A stretch of DNA of 64,000 bases from Paraspadella gotoi (Eukaryota > Animalia > Chaetognatha): the NCBI GenBank assembly GCA_051294375.1, contig JBJCIZ010000239.1:6363996-6427995 (forward strand). Direction: 5' to 3'. This document shows, one piece after another, positions 55,301 through 64,000 of this stretch; the stretch's first letter is position 1; the number at the start of each line of letters is the position of its first letter. A model generated the notes under the pieces. The model ran no database searches and was not told the DNA's origin. It was given only the letters and a program-made list of their open reading frames with translations. Position numbers and translations under genes: made by a program.

Positions 55301-57334
55301 TTAAAATAAATCAAGTTATAAAAGAAACAAATTCTTCTTCTATCAAATTTTGTCTTTTTCCCCAACAGCGTCGTCGTCCGTCCCTCTCTCGGCTCCAAAC
55401 GCCTCTTCCCACGCTTCTGCCCACTCCTCCGTCTCCAGCGCCACCTGGTCCTCCTTCGACGACTTCTTCGCCGAAGATTCGGACGAGGAGATCCTCTCCG
55501 CCCTGCAGACGCTGCTGCTGATGCGGCGGGAGGGCGAGGAGGTGACGACGCCTTTCGACGAGCTGCTGGAGAGGCTGGAAGGGGAGGAGGAAGAGGCCGT
55601 GACAGGAAACGTCGACGACGATAGATTGGAAAAGGGCGGGAAAAATGAAGTCAGCGACGATTTGGCCGGAAAAATGCACGGTAAATATTTTTTATGGCTA
55701 AATTTTACTTTCGCTGACCGGGTTTTGGCTATTTTTAAAAAAACTACTTGAAAATACTTATTTTGCTTTTGCTTCAGTTTCCCGAAATTGTTAATTTGAA
55801 AGCTCCTCTCTTGTTTTCCACTTCCCCTAAAGAGTAACGTAAAAATTATTTCATTTCGTCGCCCTCTACAGGCGCCGTGGATAAAACAGCAATCGGAGAA
55901 ACAAATGAGCATCGCCGCGTGACGATTGGCTCCGCCATCGATCGGCCAACGGCAAAGGGCGAAGGTCGAAACGAGGAATTCGCCGAGAAGGCCGTCTACA
56001 GGACGACTACCTCCTTCGCGACGAAGACTCGCTACGACGAAAACGGAAAAACGTTCGTCGCTGAGAGGAAAGGGGCCTCGACGTCAAAGGAATCTCCGGC
56101 GGAAAAACTTTCGATCAACGACGAAAATTTGAACGACTTTTCCGCCTTCGACGTCTACGGCGAACCTGACGGCGAATTGGAGAAGACGATCAGCGAAGAT
56201 CTTGAAGCGGAACCGCGGAGGGCCTCGGAGGAGGGTCTTGGGATCTCCGTCCAACATCCCGAGGGCCAAACGCCGACGATCGATTCGTCCCTGCGATCAA
56301 CTCCTCCATCAAACTGGGGTCTCTTCGCTACGCAGAGCGCCGGCCTTGCCACGACCAGTTCCGGCCGCTCAACGTTTTCGACCACACCGTTCAGACCGCC
56401 GACCATACCGCCCAGCCGCTCGACCACACCGCCTTACCATTCGACACCCTCTCCTGAGAAATTCTCCGTCCGCGTGATCAATTCATCCTCGGACGGCCAC
56501 GCGTTTCGGGTTACATCAAAGGCCGAGCCAACTTCCATCTTCGTCCACGGCGCCGTCAAATATTCCACCGACTTCCCCTTCGTCCCCGAAGACCCCGTCG
56601 TCTCCGGCTTCAAGTCCAAGCGGATCGTCGAGACGATCTCTGTCGAGACAAAAGGCTCGTCGAGTCCCTCGTCCAGTAGACCCTCTTCGAAGGCGCGACG
56701 CCGCAAACAGAAGCGCAAGAGGCGCCGTAAAGGGAAGCGGAAAAAGGGTGGGCGTCGCCTCAATAACCGGCGTCGTACTCCGGCCTCCAAGCGGCCCAGC
56801 TTCAGGGATTTCTTGCGAGGAAGGACGCCGGCGTCGCGCGCCGGAAGCGAGGAGACAGAAGGCGGAAAACCGGCGAGGCGATCCTCGAACGACGGTTCCC
56901 TTTCTCGTCCGGCGATAGTAACGTTCCTCGACAAGACGCCACTTTATTCCGAGCGTCGGACGACGCCGGCGAGCGGAGTCACCGTGGACGCCGGTCTTCA
57001 AGCGGTGGCCGCGCCGCTCGTAGAGTTCGCCGAGCCGTCGTCGTCGCTTATTCGTCCGCCCGTTCGTGCCCCAGTTCGATTTACCGTTCGACGGCCGATC
57101 CGGCCAGCGTTGCCGATCCGGCCAGCGTTGCCGAGACTCTCCCGGCCGGCGATGGCTTTTAGACAAAAGTTTATCGAGATACCGCGAAAGAGCGAGCGAA
57201 GGAACCGTGAGGACGGAACAGGCGCGTCCGGCGCCCCGATTTCTTCGAGGACATTCCAAGGGCGGCGTCGGAGCGAGGCGGAGACGGCGCCGGGAAATTC
57301 CATCGAGCAAAGACGAGTTCCGGTTCCGCGTTGA
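25727..57334 (+). CDS. ADAMTS3: ADAMTS2/3/14-clade metalloprotease (procollagen N-proteinase-like), whole spliced gene span
   Basis: A largely phase-consistent exon chain encodes signal peptide, prodomain, reprolysin domain ([11 protein letters not shown]; [15 protein letters not shown]; [19 protein letters not shown]; GSVMAPLV; WSRCS), disintegrin-like ([12 protein letters not shown]), TSR1, Cys-rich, spacer, 3 further TSR and PLAC. Motifs and architecture match the ADAMTS2/3/14 clade; the exact paralog is not determined. Confidence 0.9.
26404..26443 (+). CDS. ADAMTS3: ADAMTS 40-nt micro-exon with GC donor
   Basis: [18 protein letters not shown], [16 protein letters not shown]|GCAAGT donor; converts phase 0 to the phase 1 needed by the next exon. 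Confidence 0.55.
26742..26898 (+). mobile_element. tRNA-derived SINE; second copy about 62150-62310 (-)
   Basis: A-box-like tggctcattgagt, B-box gggttcaatccc, shared body aaagccatcagctcatg..ccctccgagaag.gtgaggacggcc..agcctggttccaa. Confidence 0.65.
26930..27143 (+). CDS. ADAMTS3: ADAMTS prodomain exon
   Basis: ttgtcccag acceptor, open frame SENETMM...[24 protein letters not shown] donor. Confidence 0.65.
27157..27350. mobile_element. DINE-1/HINE-like (non-autonomous Helentron-type) repeat with GTCY microsatellite core; copies ~445-525, 20805-20950, 22700-22850, 36350-36425, 37075-37180, 41665-41775, 53830-53990
   Basis: Conserved ttagttgcg.cgcgagtactcg / ctctataagtcacttttcggtcgg + (GTCY)n core + aatgagc..ccaactata tail; class assignment is inferred from structure. 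Confidence 0.6.
28112..28241. repeat. 32-bp tandem repeat x4
   Basis: gaaggataagaccggtatgcgagcggtggtta. Confidence 0.9.
28276..28595. mobile_element. MITE-like element with degenerate TTAGGG/CCCTAA interior (family also at 3150-3420, 17180-17280, 20226-20440, 24499-24755, 32360-32700, 39400-39490)
   Basis: Terminal motif of about 30 bp (ggc.tattttcc.aaa.cgccccatttc) in inverted orientation flanks a degenerate telomere-like array. Confidence 0.6.
29730..29856. repeat. Tandem repeat of about 48 bp x2.6
   Basis: ggcgggaatgtcagatatgga..aaatttaactaagatgtcagtttc. Confidence 0.85.
30045..30460. mobile_element. Foldback MITE
   Basis: TGTAGTAATATCCTTATAAAAT (30081) is mirrored at 30416-30437, with extended imperfect symmetry. 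Confidence 0.65.
30677..30873 (+). CDS. ADAMTS3: ADAMTS prodomain exon with (DDDG)n tract
   Basis: tttcag acceptor, prodomain-like motif [15 protein letters not shown] donor, phase 2 to 1. Confidence 0.75.
31374..31567 (+). CDS. ADAMTS3: ADAMTS prodomain exon with Gly/Ser tract
   Basis: ttttgcag acceptor, [16 protein letters not shown] (prodomain VSxC.G..G.I motif), CAG|GT donor, phase 1 to 0. Confidence 0.75.
32703..32879 (-). CDS. CD225/dispanin gene, terminal exon
   Basis: [42 protein letters not shown]: CD225 GD...A...AK motif followed by a TM helix. Confidence 0.85.
   Translation of the reverse strand, partial: TFQSQAALQRGDLKDALRSGRWAKALGIVAIVVGVVVVGVVVNELSKDWRMEVKHLSS
33128..33246 (-). 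CDS. CD225/dispanin gene, first hydrophobic segment exon
   Basis: ctaac branch point and cccaag acceptor; ..[24 protein letters not shown]; GAG|GTAAGT donor. Confidence 0.85.
33619..33935 (-). CDS. CD225/dispanin gene, Pro-rich N-terminal exon (start uncertain, frame-disrupted)
   Basis: ..[42 protein letters not shown]|GTGAGT, phase 1 matches the next exon; a frame break lies near 33830. Confidence 0.55.
34637..35672 (+). CDS. ADAMTS3: ADAMTS end of prodomain/start of catalytic domain (1-2 exons, frame-disrupted, internal boundaries uncertain)
   Basis: ccacag acceptor at 34636. The 3' part reads [39 protein letters not shown]|GTGAGT. The upstream part has stops and frameshifts. Confidence 0.6.
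36188..36323 (+). CDS. ADAMTS3: ADAMTS catalytic domain exon
   Basis: [35 protein letters not shown] boundaries, phase 0 to 1. Confidence 0.88.
37352..37531 (+). CDS. ADAMTS3: ADAMTS catalytic domain exon
   Basis: RVCRY..poly-[36 protein letters not shown], phase 1 to 1. Confidence 0.9.
37890..38014 (+). CDS. ADAMTS3: ADAMTS zinc-binding active-site exon
   Basis: [41 protein letters not shown]: intact HExxHxxGxxHD and Met-turn. Confidence 0.95.
37994..38525 (+). repeat. 31-bp minisatellite (about 17 units) spanning an ADAMTS splice donor
   Basis: Unit gtcatggcgccgctagttaag|gtgggttgtg starts at 37994, 38025, 38056 and onward. Confidence 0.9.
38608..38760 (+). CDS. ADAMTS3: ADAMTS end of catalytic domain exon
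   Basis: [27 protein letters not shown], phase 0 to 0. Confidence 0.92.
39195..39318 (+). CDS. ADAMTS3: ADAMTS disintegrin-like exon
   Basis: [25 protein letters not shown]. Confidence 0.92.
39544..39706 (+). CDS. ADAMTS3: ADAMTS disintegrin-like/TSR1 start exon
   Basis: [20 protein letters not shown]..poly-[13 protein letters not shown]. Confidence 0.92.
40157..40329 (+). CDS. ADAMTS3: ADAMTS TSR1/Cys-rich exon
   Basis: [33 protein letters not shown]. Confidence 0.92.
40515..40693 (+). CDS. ADAMTS3: ADAMTS Cys-rich exon with basic/Ser insert
   Basis: [30 protein letters not shown], phase 1 to 0, joins LVCED of the next exon. Confidence 0.75.
40679..40928 (+). repeat. 37-bp minisatellite (about 7 units) spanning an ADAMTS splice donor
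   Basis: gtcaaatgag|gttgtggtcagttttgtgggatttatg at 40795, 40832, 40869, 40906. Confidence 0.88.
41015..41132 (+). CDS. ADAMTS3: ADAMTS Cys-rich exon
   Basis: [31 protein letters not shown]. Confidence 0.92.
41232..41646. repeat. 23-bp telomere-like tandem repeat (ggattaggttaaaggattaaggttaa-type)
   Basis: About 18 near-identical units. Confidence 0.9.
43068..43189 (+). CDS. ADAMTS3: ADAMTS Cys-rich end exon
   Basis: [26 protein letters not shown]. Confidence 0.93.
43594..44348 (+). CDS. ADAMTS3: ADAMTS spacer exon, split into 43594-43667 and 44247-44348 by an inverted copy of itself
   Basis: Consensus of the pieces reads approximately [59 protein letters not shown] (spacer motif IPxG.RNI.V..GT.LxY). 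Confidence 0.75.
44461..45349. mobile_element. MITE/foldback element with about 240-bp diverged terminal inverted repeats
   Basis: 44461-44700 is the imperfect reverse complement of 45101-45349 (aaaattctaaaagt..gcagtaggc..aaaaagttgataaaa..cattaagtggg); related to 30045-30460. Confidence 0.75.
44732..44776 (+). pseudogene. Retroposed tRNA-Leu (AAG/TAG type) 3' half with CCA, 18-bp TSD
   Basis: CCAGTATCTTCGGAGGCGTGGGTTCGAATCCCACCGCTGCCA+CCA, flanked by identical CATTTAAGGAAAAACTCA at 44714-44731 and 44777-44794. Confidence 0.9.
45785..45911 (+). CDS. ADAMTS3: ADAMTS spacer end exon
   Basis: [28 protein letters not shown] (spacer motif L.A.GPL.E.L..V.Y.F). Confidence 0.9.
45896..48035 (+). repeat. 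Minisatellite of about 62 bp spanning an ADAMTS splice donor, interrupted by a 1.8-kb unrelated block
   Basis: actctgcccctcag|gttc..ctattcttag..ctaatctttaat.cttc units at 45896-46095 and 47862-48035. Confidence 0.8.
48175..48249 (+). CDS. ADAMTS3: ADAMTS TSR2 start exon
   Basis: [25 protein letters not shown], phase 2 to 2. Confidence 0.85.
48608..48686 (+). CDS. ADAMTS3: ADAMTS TSR2 exon (3' boundary uncertain)
   Basis: [26 protein letters not shown]. Confidence 0.8.
49180..49309 (+). CDS. ADAMTS3: ADAMTS TSR2/TSR3 exon
   Basis: [49 protein letters not shown] donor. Confidence 0.88.
49439..49610 (+). CDS. ADAMTS3: ADAMTS TSR3/TSR4 exon
   Basis: [36 protein letters not shown]. Confidence 0.92.
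50179..50298 (+). CDS. ADAMTS3: ADAMTS TSR4 exon
   Basis: [28 protein letters not shown]. Confidence 0.9.
50385..50620 (-). mobile_element. tRNA-derived SINE (tRNA-Gly-like head); second copy 61135-61350 (+)
   Basis: gccattggtgcaggaggcaagtaa..cgcctccca..ggggttctagccc head and a body shared between two dispersed copies. Confidence 0.65.
50625..53236. mobile_element. Degenerate 2.6-kb DNA transposon with about 300-bp diverged TIRs
   Basis: ttagacctccccag..aagttctcactcgg..aacccaatgaagcgtcaaagt..aaccggaaagtaag on the left is mirrored at 52905-53236; the interior is AT-rich with no intact ORF. Confidence 0.65.
53399..53515 (+). CDS. ADAMTS3: ADAMTS PLAC domain exon
   Basis: [19 protein letters not shown] six-Cys PLAC pattern. 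Confidence 0.88.
   Translation, partial: TAKIDPFFVATILICQKSARLRPAAASSAAFPARITLD
54283..54414 (+). CDS. ADAMTS3: ADAMTS C-terminal tail exon
   Basis: ttgcag acceptor, [16 protein letters not shown].., phase 1 to 1. Confidence 0.7.
55084..55248 (+). repeat. Dispersed repeat family of about 165 bp (other copies 14933-15018, 29020-29180 -, 31649-31723, 31810-31917 -, partial 44403-44433, 63311-63420)
   Basis: Near-identical atgaaattggtacaaccaatataaaaattatccattcatttaataaataagc..gactttggacaggctttggtggtttaaggcctccatcactct. Confidence 0.85.
55369..55680 (+). CDS. ADAMTS3: ADAMTS C-terminal tail exon (acidic)
   Basis: GC-rich open frame, ccaacag acceptor, G|GTAAAT donor, phase 1 to 1. Confidence 0.75.
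55872..57334 (+). CDS. ADAMTS3: ADAMTS terminal exon (about 487 codons, S/T/P-rich with a polybasic cluster)
   Basis: Longest ORF in the window, ctacag acceptor in phase 1, TGA stop, AATAAA at about 57531. Confidence 0.8.
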
Positions 57335-58335
57335 GCTACGGTTGCGCAAGTTTAATTCATTTAATATTATTATTATTTCTATCGTTATTAATTATTGATT
57401 CTTTTTTTTTAATTAGTTGAATATTTCGCAAGGTTATTTTTTTTCCGTTTTTTAACTAACTTTTTTCTGCCAACGCGATCGACTAGGAATTAAATTGAAA
57501 CCAATTGATTTGAAAACGTCATGTATTTGTAATAAAAAAAAATTATTTATTGTGACTTTTCTAGTCTACTCAATGGAAAAAACTATTTTTTTTTGTCAGA
57601 AGGGGAGTTTGATTTGTTTTCATGCGTGATATAAGCTTGGACGTTTTATTACAACATTATTCATAAAAAAAAAATAAGGCAGCGATGGAGCGAGGGCAGC
57701 CAGAATATTCGATAGATGTTTAATATAAACAACCTTACATATAACCAAAACTTGGTTAAGAACGATTCGCATTGACTGGAATATACGTCAACAAACAATA
57801 CGCATGAAATGAAAAAAAACAAAAAAACCATTAGGCATTAAATTATAATAATAAATAATGAAATATTTTTTTTTTACGCGGGCGTCAACGGCATTATGTT
57901 AGGGACGAAAAAAATCCAGGGAAATAAAAAAATAGACTAGAATGGATTCTTTTCTTTTATATCAGATCGCGGATATGAATGGACCAAAAAAATTAATTTG
58001 GTTAAAACATAAAGAGGCACTTGTAAAACTACGTTCTACCATAAATGATAATTCCAGGGAGCAGGTCTAAGAAAATAACGAGATCTAAAAAAAAAAAGTA
58101 AAATTGACTGTGGGGGGAGGAAGGTTTTTTTTGGGGGGGAGAAATTCAAGCAACGTTCCTTTTATGAGGCAGATAGACCAAAAAAAAAAAAAAACCACGA
58201 AACCTTGGGAGTTTTTTTTTTTTTTAGATTTATTATTGCGTGAGGCAACGATCACTCCCCCTAACGTCTCCAAATAAAAAACAAATACACATTATCGATT
58301 TTAACTTCCCTCAACCCACATCCCCCCCCGCCCCC

Positions 58336-58471
58336 TCAAATCTTGGGCAACTTGGGCGCCGTGACGACGGGGTTGTTCTGCTCCAAAATCTTCCTTCCCT
58401 CCATCTTGTAGTCGAAGGTGCAGTTGTGCGCCTCGGCGTAACGATGCGCCGCGCAAAAGTTGTTGCCGCAC
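58336..58471 (-). CDS. ZFAND4: ZFAND4 terminal exon (AN1 zinc finger, second half)
   Basis: CGNNFCAAHRYAEAHNCTFDYK..NPVVTAPKLPKI*. Confidence 0.93.
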
Positions 58472-61400
58472 CTTTATATTAATATAAGATTGAAATAATT
58501 CACGAAAACATTATACCACTGCAATTAATAAATTAGCCTGATTGAACTGGCCTTGATAGAAAGCTAGTGAGATGCGTGGAGGTCTTAAATCAGAATAACC
58601 TGTTCTAATGCTACGACGCAAGAGGAGAAAGAGAAGAGAAGAGAGAGAGAGCCACATTTTAATCAATTTAAACTTCTCCAATCTCCATCGCCGGATTCCC
58701 CCCTTTAGCTTTATATTAGTTGTAAAGCGCAAACAGGCTCACCCTCCATAGCAGACGCCGCCCACTCACGCGACTCTCACCGACAACTGTAGCTGGCTGC
58801 GAGGCCCGTTTTCTTGTTGCAGACGAGGCAGCGTTTCGACGCCTTTTGTTTTTTGGCGCCGGCGCCGCCGCCGGGTTTGGCGCCGACTGGAGGTAGCCGT
58901 GTCCCGCGAGGGGGCGAGACGAGTCCGCCTCGGGAAGAGAGACGGCGGGAAGACTGAAAGAAGGGGGTGTGTGAAACAAATCAATTGAAAGAAATTTTGA
59001 TTTTTTATTTTAATGACAATCACCATAATTTTTTTTTTTTTTTACGATATGAAACGAAAACTCATGTAGGCTTATTCGGACGATGGGTCTATAAAAGCAA
59101 TTAAGTGACAAAGATTATCTATAAAAACTTAAAATATCCCCCCCCCCCTGCCCCAACCACGCTCACGTTGACCCTTCCTCCGGTGGGAGAAACTACGCTT
59201 CTCTGTCCTTTGCTTGAAAGGCGAAGTCTCGCCGTCTCGGAGAGCAGCGTCGCCATGAATTCGCCCGTCGAAAACCCTCGACCTAAACAAAACAAAACGC
59301 ACAAAATAAAAAACTATGGACGACACAAGTTTCAGATCAAGAATAATTTATTCTTCAACAAGGTTATAAACAATAACAGTCAAAATGCTCAGATGCTAAG
59401 TCTATTACAATGGTATTTACAAAGGTCAACATTTTGACCACAAATAAACTGGGGGAAACGAGCGGGGTCAGGTTGTTAAGGTCAAGTGGTTTGACCGAGG
59501 TTGCATGTTCTTCATGTTCGTCCACAAAACACTAATTTTGTCGAACACATCCCACTGGTAAAAAGAGGTTGAAAGGAACCAAATTCTTCACAACTTGATC
59601 GGAACCCTTGAGAAGTTGGGTCTAACAGATTGGACAAAGTTCATTCAATAGACGGGGGATGATGAATTAATGCGTAACGATAATGAATTAAAATTAATTA
59701 GAATATAAACCAATGTTTTATTAAAGAAGTCAGAAATGTTCACAGTTCCAGGGATCCTTCAAAAATTTTAATCCAACTTACAATCGGATTAAGTGAAAAC
59801 AATGTTGGACTCAAATTGTTGAAGAATCACTGGAACTGTCAACACCCCCTATTTGTAACAGATTTAATATATGCCTCTTCAACATATTAGTTTATATTCT
59901 AATTAAATTAATTTTATTATCGTTACGCATTAATTTTGGAATCTCAAAAGTTGGACACAAAACTCACTGTAAAAATCCTTGAAACCGTAAACTAATTTTA
60001 GTTTTTACCTTGTGTATTAATATTGGTTTATATTCGGAATAATTTAATTTAATTATTGTTACGCGGTATCTGAAAATCCCTTTTACATTGTACTATACAG
60101 ACATCGTGATAGTGTCAGAGTTTTAAGTAAGTTTACAATAGGCTTTAGTTTTCGTAATACTTTTATCAGCATCGCAGGAAATGGATTGATCAAGCAGCTT
60201 GTTTCGTCAAAAAAAACAAAACCCTCTTCTTCTCACCGAAGCTGGTCGCCGACTGGCGGGCGTGTCCCGACGCGACGCTACCCTTGCCGCGCTGACGGGC
60301 GTCGCCGCCCGAGGCGGAACCTATCGAGGACGGCGCCGCTCCGTCGGTGGAGGCGTAGCGCCCGAGAATGGCGCCGGCGCCGCGAGAGTCGATGTGGGTT
60401 CGACGAGCGGAGGTAGAAGGGCTCTTGGGGGGAAACTAATTGGGGGGTGGAGAGAATTATTGATGGAGTAATGGATATTTCATCTCAACCCATTTGTCCT
60501 TTAATTTTAATTTTGGGGGTCTCACCTGCCCGTAGGAATCGTGGAAATCGTAGAGGTTCCGATTGGAGGCGCTTGAAGACTCCTTTTCCGAAGCTGAGAG
60601 GAAGAGTCATCCCTAAGTTTTCAAGACCGAGCGAGACGAGGCTTCGGAAAAAAAAGTGTCCGAAAAAGAAAGAGAAATCGGCCTCACCTTGAACGCTGGA
60701 ATTAGTCCTGCGTTGCGGCTGCCGGTTGGGCGGGTGAGGTACGAAAGGGAAGGAAGGTGGGGCGTTCGTTCGAGAGCTTCGCCAATCCTGCGAATAGAAA
60801 AAGAAAATTTTGTTTTAAAGCGAATCGAGACCCCCCGCCCGGCCTCGGTGCGGGGGAAGAGGGCCGTCGGATAGAGTTTGACCCAACGAGAGCACCTCGA
60901 AAACGTCGTCGTCTCTTCGGCTAACATCCGCGTTGGCGTGCCCGTTGGCGTGGCCGTTGGCGTGGCCGTTGGCGTGGCCGAATCCATTCCCGACTCCGCG
61001 AGCCGTTTGGGATTTTAAACTGCGGAAGCTCAAAAGGCTCCGGGGATCGTGAGGCGGAGGGTAAGGGACTTCGAAGTTGTTGTTGAGGGAAGGAAGTCCT
61101 GGGGATAAAATATTGAGGGAAGGTATTAGGATATGGTGGTTGGTGGACTAAAATCCACAAACCGTTCATAAGTGGCCATTGGTGCAGGAGGCAAGTAATG
61201 GCAACCCAAAGGTCCTAGCAGTTAAAAAGGAACGGGGCGCTTTACCCGCTTGTGATACAATTCGATCCGAAGCTCGGGGACTGCTTATATTGAACGGCTC
61301 TATCACCAACTCATAACAATTTATTCTCTCTCGTCAGATAGATATTAACGCTTCCACGTAAAAGTAGAATCAAATAAAATCTGAAGCAACCACTGGTCCA

Positions 61401-62523
61401 GAAAAAGTAAAAAGTAAAGAAAAATCAATGCAGAACCCGGAATCAGTTCTTACCGGTCTTGCTGATTCGACGGGGACCCGCAGACGTCATCGTCGCTTCG
61501 AACTCGCGACATTCGTCCTCGTCGTCGTCGTCATAATCGTCGTTTTGATCGTCGTCGTCGTCGAGGCTCTGTGGAAATTCGAGGATTGAGTACGTAAAAG
61601 ATATATCGTGGAATAACTTTGTCATGTAATCGCAATTATAAAAGATGACGACATCGACACACAAAAATGCGCATTAGGCTTCTCGAAGGTACATAACCTT
61701 TTTACCAATTATTATCCAAAATGATGCAAACTTTACCCGAGCTAAGAACATTTAAAAGGAACCGACCTACGGACAGAGCGAAAAGAGTAGTTTATTAAAG
61801 TAGAACTGGCGGATGTACTGACGATTTGAACGGACATACTCTTTAAAAGCAAGCTCGACTGGAAAGGCATTCGTCCAACGAGGGGCTACCTTACTCTCAA
61901 AGCTGCCTAAGATGGAAGACTTGAGACTTTAAAAGCAAGCAAAGCTCGTCTTCGTCCACTCGTCACCTGCTGATGCTTCCTCCAATATCCCCACAATTCC
62001 TCGATACTTTTCTCTTTCTTCTCGTTGGCGGTCGGGCGAACGCGGGCTGAGAATTGCGTCGGGCGTTTCCCTTTAAATTTTTAACAAATAATTTTAATAA
62101 AATGACCATATTTCGGTTATTTTGTGAATAAGGCCCTTAGAATAGATAAGGCAGCTTAGAACGGGTCTCGAGATTGGAACCAGGCTTGGGGGGTCGCTAC
62201 GCCCCAATGCCTCCCTAAGGCAGCTTAAGGCCGTCCTCACCCTTCTCGGAGGGCAGGTAGTGGCCATGAGCTGATGGCTTTTCGCGATGAGTCAGCGATT
62301 CACGACAGAGGGATTGATAATTATTTTCGGGATGTATCTCGGTAATGCCCGCTACAATTTTAGATGATGCATAGTGAGGGGTGGTGATATTTAAAAGTCA
62401 AAACAAAACAAAAACGATCGCCTCCGGAACTGACCTTGGCCGTAAGAAGGAACGGTGGACCCTAGACTGTCCAAACGTTTTGAAACGGAATGTCGAGCGT
62501 AAAGAGGCGGATAAGTGCCTAGT

Positions 62524-62566
<43 letters not shown>

Positions 62567-63714
62567 TACCACCTTGAAAAAAAAAAACGAGCAAAAAGTT
62601 CATAAAATTTCTTTCTCGATTTTAATCCGACGCTGATCATTTCTTTACCGACGGAATTTCCTCGGTGGGCGCGACCGGCGCCGTAATTTTCCTGAGAAGC
62701 GGAGGCGGCGCCAGAGCCGACAGCGTCGGCGTCTCCGGTAATCGTCGCCATCGTCGACGCCGGCGTGACTCTCGGCCGGGCGTTCCTCGGCGGCGGAGGC
62801 GGGGACGAGGCTCGCTCATCGACGGAGGGCTGGTGGGCCGCGGGCGCCGCCTCCTCGGGCGTCGATGACGTCGCCGATTGAACGACGGAAGACTCGGGAG
62901 ACGCGAGGCTCGTGGACGAAGGGATCGACGGGGAAGCGGGGAAATCTAAGCGGGGGGGAGAGGAGAAGGGGGGAAATGATAGGAACTGACCCCTCCCAAA
63001 CGAAGTGATCAAATCCCCCCCTTGCCCCGGCTCCCCTTTTCCAATGAGGACTTTCACGAACCTGTAGCATCGTTGTCCGATTGAGGTAGAGGTTCGAAAG
63101 AAGGTTTTCGGACTACTTCGTCAACGGATGCGCCGAAAGATGTCGCCTTGTCGGCTTTGTCCGGTTCAAAGCCGGAGCCGACGTCCGGCTCTGCCCTTTT
63201 CTCGCCCGGCTGAGAAACATATTAAATAAATAAACGATTGAAACAATCCTTGGACTATTTATTGTACCGCTTTACTGATAAGGAAGCCAGGTACTATAGA
63301 AATAAAGAGTGAAAGAGTCTTGATTGAAAGCTAGCAGAGTCTTGGTATACTAATATTTTGTAGTAAGGACTAAGGATGGAGGACAAAGGATTAATAATAA
63401 AAGAATGGATAATTTTTATATGAGACCTGTTTCTCGATGAACGGAAGGCGCCCACAACGCCATTCCTCCTCCCCCTGAGAGTTCGCCCGTTCCTCGAGCG
63501 GCCTGGAGGCGGAACCGCCGACGGGAGGCAGGCGAACCTTGCCGCCGGCGTCCCGCTTGCGCCTGCCTCGACCGGAGGATCGACGAACGCCGCTCTGCGT
63601 CGGCGAAGGAGTCGATCTTCTCCTGGCTGCTGCTGCGGCGGCGGCGGCGGCGCTGGTGGGATGATTTGACGAGGATCCGGGACGGGAGGACTTTTTCGTT
63701 CTTTTCCCTTTGGA
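58336..63714 (-). CDS. ZFAND4: AN1-type zinc finger protein 4 (ANUBL1), 3' portion; gene continues beyond the window end
   Basis: Phase-consistent exons 63714-63427, 63209-63062, 62945-62649, 62572-62435, 62070-61967, 61568-61454, 61098-60896, 60787-60688, 60593-60526, 60435-60237, 59282-59167, 58953-58781, 58471-58336. They end in RCLVCNKKTGLAASYSCRCGNNFCAAHRYAEAHNCTFDYKMEGRKILEQNNPVVTAPKLPKI*, the characteristic ZFAND4 C-terminus. Confidence 0.9.
58781..58953 (-). CDS. ZFAND4: ZFAND4 penultimate exon (AN1 zinc finger, first half)
   Basis: ..RLPPVGAKP..KRCLVCNKKTGLAASYSC R, ctttcag / GTGAGA boundaries. Confidence 0.9.
59666..59935. mobile_element. Palindromic MITE in a ZFAND4 intron
   Basis: AATTAATGCGTAACGATAAT..TAGAATATAAAC..ACAGTTCCAG mirrored by CTGGAACTGT..GTTTATATTCTA..ATTATCGTTACGCATTAATT. 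Confidence 0.75.
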
Positions 63715-63735
63715 CTGAAAGGGAGGAGAGGATGA

Positions 63736-63801
<66 letters not shown>

Positions 63802-64000
63802 AAACGGGGAAAAGGAAAAAGGAGATGAAAGCAAAACGGACAGGGGGAGAAAAGAAACGAAGGTAGGGAAAAGAACGGGGGAAAAAAAAAAGAGTAGGTT
63901 GGGTTAGGCTTGACGATTTGACGTTTAGCGCTAAGCTGAGAGAAAGCAAGAAATAACGTAAGGAGGCCGAACTGCCTCGAATCTATCCATCTCTCTCTCC

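Noticed and set aside
55311-57349. Minus-strand ORFs of 100-277 aa
   Set aside because: They are antisense shadows of the GC-rich ADAMTS tail exons.

Overview
Draft-quality eukaryotic (invertebrate metazoan-like) genomic DNA. It is rich in (GA)n, (GAC)n and (TAA)n microsatellites and has 7 N-gaps, five of them exactly 25 N. Most of the supplied ORFs are microsatellite noise; the real genes are spliced and were reconstructed by hand from splice signals and reading-frame phase. (1) A roughly 26-exon + strand ADAMTS metalloprotease of the ADAMTS2/3/14 clade (25727-57334): signal peptide, prodomain, [12 protein letters not shown] zinc site, disintegrin-like, 4 TSR, Cys-rich, spacer, PLAC and a long low-complexity tail. 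(2) A CD225/dispanin membrane-protein gene nested antisense in an ADAMTS intron (32703-~33935). (3) The 3' part of ZFAND4/ANUBL1 on the - strand (58336-63714, continuing past the window). (4) An orphan terminal exon resembling Golgi alpha-mannosidase II (16009-16226, -). The most notable non-coding signals are a CCA-tailed tRNA-Leu 3' half inserted with an 18-bp target-site duplication, three minisatellites whose units span ADAMTS splice donors, and a MITE-like family carrying degenerate TTAGGG arrays. Several foldback/TIR elements and tRNA-derived SINEs are also present. Some striking structures are probably assembly artefacts: duplications around 25-N gaps, an inverted exon copy, and noisy 9.6 kb and 1.8 kb blocks. 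No database searches were run; family calls rest on recalled motif similarity.
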